From assembly GCF_000143415.4 (NCBI RefSeq), contig NW_003314286.1:1611718-1675717 (forward strand): DNA of 64,000 bases. Reading direction: 5' to 3'. The notes below the pieces were generated by a model. The model saw only the letters and a program-made list of their open reading frames with translations. It was not told the origin of the DNA and searched no databases. Both the position numbers and the translations under genes were made by a program. The stretch's first letter is position 1; each line of letters begins with the position of its first letter. Origin of the DNA: Selaginella moellendorffii. Its lineage: Eukaryota > Plantae > Lycopodiophyta. Of the stretch, positions 61,877 to 64,000 are shown piece after piece.

Positions 61877-62381
61877 GACCGCCATTCCGCCACTCTTGAA
61901 TTTTCGCAAAGGTTGATGCTTTGAAAGGCTGAGATTAAAGATGCCCTTATGTTTAAATCTTAAATAGGTCCTCAGAAAAACCTAAGTTGATATTAGGGCA
62001 AATAGAAGATATTTATGGTTATGGTGAACATATTAATATAGTCATGCTCATGCTTCTGCCTTGTGTTTATATAATTGCTATAGTTTATGGAAGAAAGGGC
62101 AAGCTTATGTTACTCACTTGATTTATATCATAGAATATATATATATTCAGTGTGCATTGACAATGACCATTGGAAACATATGGTATTTACCAAAGACCTC
62201 TATACCTCTAGAAAAAAAAAGAAATACATTCTCATTCAAGATTTCGAAGAATTTTGTTATGGGTGTTGTGGTATAACAAATGCACATACATGAAGTTTTT
62301 CAACACATAACTTTATCTATTAAATTTTTTCTCCTTGACATTAAGCAAGATTAATTAATTTCCAACACACTTATATATGTG

Positions 62382-63380
62382 CTAGGTTGACCAAATCTCT
62401 TTCCCCAAGTCCGTCATATAAAGCCTGGCATGACCATCGTTCTCCATAGACAGAACATACGAATACTTGGATCCATAACTCGTTTTCGTCTTCCAGCTGA
62501 CCCCCTGCGATCCAGTGACCATGAGCACCCCATTCTTCCAGAGAGACAAAACACACGCTTGATCCCTCCCACGGAAAATCCTCCTCACGATCTCCCCGCT
62601 GTGACTACTTCTCACCACCAGATCACAGCCGGCCTCCATAGACAGCCTAAACTCCGTGCTCGGAGAGATTAAGCTGTTTCCCTCGGGTAGCGTCGATCCC
62701 TGGGGATGACTCCCGCCAACTAGAGAGGTAGAAAAGATCCAGCAATTCCCGACGTCAAGGTCAACTGCCTGGGCGACCGAGTCAACGACTGTGCTGACTT
62801 GGTCAACTACCACAGCGTGGACGATACTGCCGCTGCCTGATCCACCTTCTTCAGGCCTATCGCCAGGATTACGGTCGAATGGGGTTTGCTGGAACTCATA
62901 CTCAATCCCATAGTAGCCGAGCACTATGTTGACGAGGCCATACCAGTTCTGTGTTGGACCCGGGTCTAGCAGCTCTTGTCGGATGGTTGCAATCATCCGC
63001 TCAACGTTGTCCAGAAGGTCGCTCCCTGGTAGGCTCGCACGACTCGGCGAGACAGAGCAAATACCTGCATTCTCGGTGTAAGGTTGGTTATAGAGCCACA
63101 CTCTCACGCGGACGTAGGCATTGTTTGCGTACTGCACCACGAATCCCACGCTCCTCCCTGCAAAGTAGCCAAATTGGGCTCTAAATCTCATCCCCATGAA
63201 GTTCTCGAGGCGAACCATGAGGTCTTCGACACGCTCCACTGCAAGCAGCGCATAACCAAGCCGAAACCTGAAGATCCCACCAAAACGGTGATCCGCTGGG
63301 GGCTGTCCATAAGAGAGGAGATTTGAGCTCATGAGCAAAACAAGAATTAGAGCTGCAACAATGAACACCATGTTTTTCAT
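62382..63380 (-). CDS. Secreted protein: signal peptide, unrecognised ~150-aa domain, linker, C-terminal bulb-type (GNA/B) lectin domain; intronless
   Basis: MKNMVFIVAALILVLLMSS signal; GGSGSGS linker; STLPEGNSLISPS.EFRLSMEAGCDLVV...CVLSLWKNGVLMV...SWKT...YVLSMENDGHARLY...IWST follows the bulb-lectin pattern. Confidence 0.8.
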   Translation of the reverse strand: MKNMVFIVAALILVLLMSSNLLSYGQPPADHRFGGIFRFRLGYALLAVERVEDLMVRLENFMGMRFRAQFGYFAGRSVGFVVQYANNAYVRVRVWLYNQPYTENAGICSVSPSRASLPGSDLLDNVERMIATIRQELLDPGPTQNWYGLVNIVLGYYGIEYEFQQTPFDRNPGDRPEEGGSGSGSIVHAVVVDQVSTVVDSVAQAVDLDVGNCWIFSTSLVGGSHPQGSTLPEGNSLISPSTEFRLSMEAGCDLVVRSSHSGEIVRRIFRGRDQACVLSLWKNGVLMVTGSQGVSWKTKTSYGSKYSYVLSMENDGHARLYMTDLGKEIWST

Positions 63381-63417
63381 TCTCGCTCGCTTCTTAGTGC
63401 TGTGAGCAAATATCTCT

Positions 63418-63425
63418 TATTTATA
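63418..63425 (-). promoter_or_regulatory. TATA box (TATAAATA) ~38 bp upstream of the lectin-fusion ATG
   Basis: Consensus match at a plausible spacing. Confidence 0.55.
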
Positions 63426-64000
63426 TCAATGTAAGTGATACAAATGTCTTCAGTTAGAACGTAGCTACTTTTTGTTTTTGGCATATTAGCTGAGTGATCA
63501 AGGAGAGATTGTGTAAAAATGTGTTTTAAAATTTTATATTGTGTATTAAAATGTTTAGTTTACTTCGAACTTAAGGAGTTTTGGGGATTTTCGTGTTTTT
63601 ATTGGTCTATCTATTTATTATATATTTATTTTCATATTTTTCCACATATTATTTATGGCAATAAATATGTGATTAGCATTATATATTTACACATGTACTT
63701 TTTTATTTTTTGTTTTGAGTTGTGCAAAAATATTATGCATACTATCACTTTTCAATTGTTATATAAACAATCAAACATGAATGCCTATATAATATTTTTG
63801 TCATGAGGTATGCCATATATGTGTGGGGCATGACACATTAGACTATTACAGAAGATTAATGCCATGTTATTTCAAACAATATTATATTACCACAAATTTA
63901 GCGAGGGTATTTTTTTCTATTCTTGTGTTATTAAACATAGATTTGTGATTTCTGATCATCTTTCTTATCTCATTTCGCTTAATGACTCAATTCTCATGTC

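Noticed and set aside
45583-61909. Many 100-290 aa antisense or alternate-frame ORFs inside the PPR genes
   Set aside because: Expected from high GC3 coding sequence, which depletes stop codons in other frames.

Overview
Eukaryotic, land-plant nuclear DNA. Introns are very short (mostly 45-100 nt), intergenic gaps are tiny, and there are four intronless PLS-class PPR genes; together this looks like a lycophyte, probably Selaginella (inference, not proven). Two gene-dense blocks (1-31.2 kb and 45.5-63.4 kb) carry about 21 protein genes and 2 tRNA genes. The protein genes are: C2-domain class-3 lipase, nucleotide-sugar transporter, G6P 1-epimerase, two uL18-like paralogues, a Kelch/NSP5-like protein, neprosin, plastid RPS17, TAF15b, MEE18/CofD-like, starch synthase I, a 2OG-Fe(II) oxygenase, HHP/PAQR, GAPN, 4 PPRs, a BSL phosphatase, SR45a, an orphan small basic protein, and a secreted unknown-domain + bulb-lectin protein. 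The tRNAs are Ala-CGC and initiator Met. The blocks are separated by a ~14-kb AT-rich island of nested, ORF-less retroelement relics (Ty3/gypsy gag-pol, a LINE, TRIMs, LTRs). Most notable observations: (1) these relics are eroded almost only by C>T/G>A transitions, including non-CG contexts, a RIP-like pattern; (2) an AB-toxin-like secreted protein with an unrecognised N-terminal domain; (3) a starch synthase stop codon only 24 nt, and in frame, from the next gene's ATG; (4) both tRNA genes sit directly upstream of organelle-targeted genes; (5) a 69-bp eEF2 fragment lies antisense just before the lipase ATG. Exon models were built by eye, so some termini are approximate.
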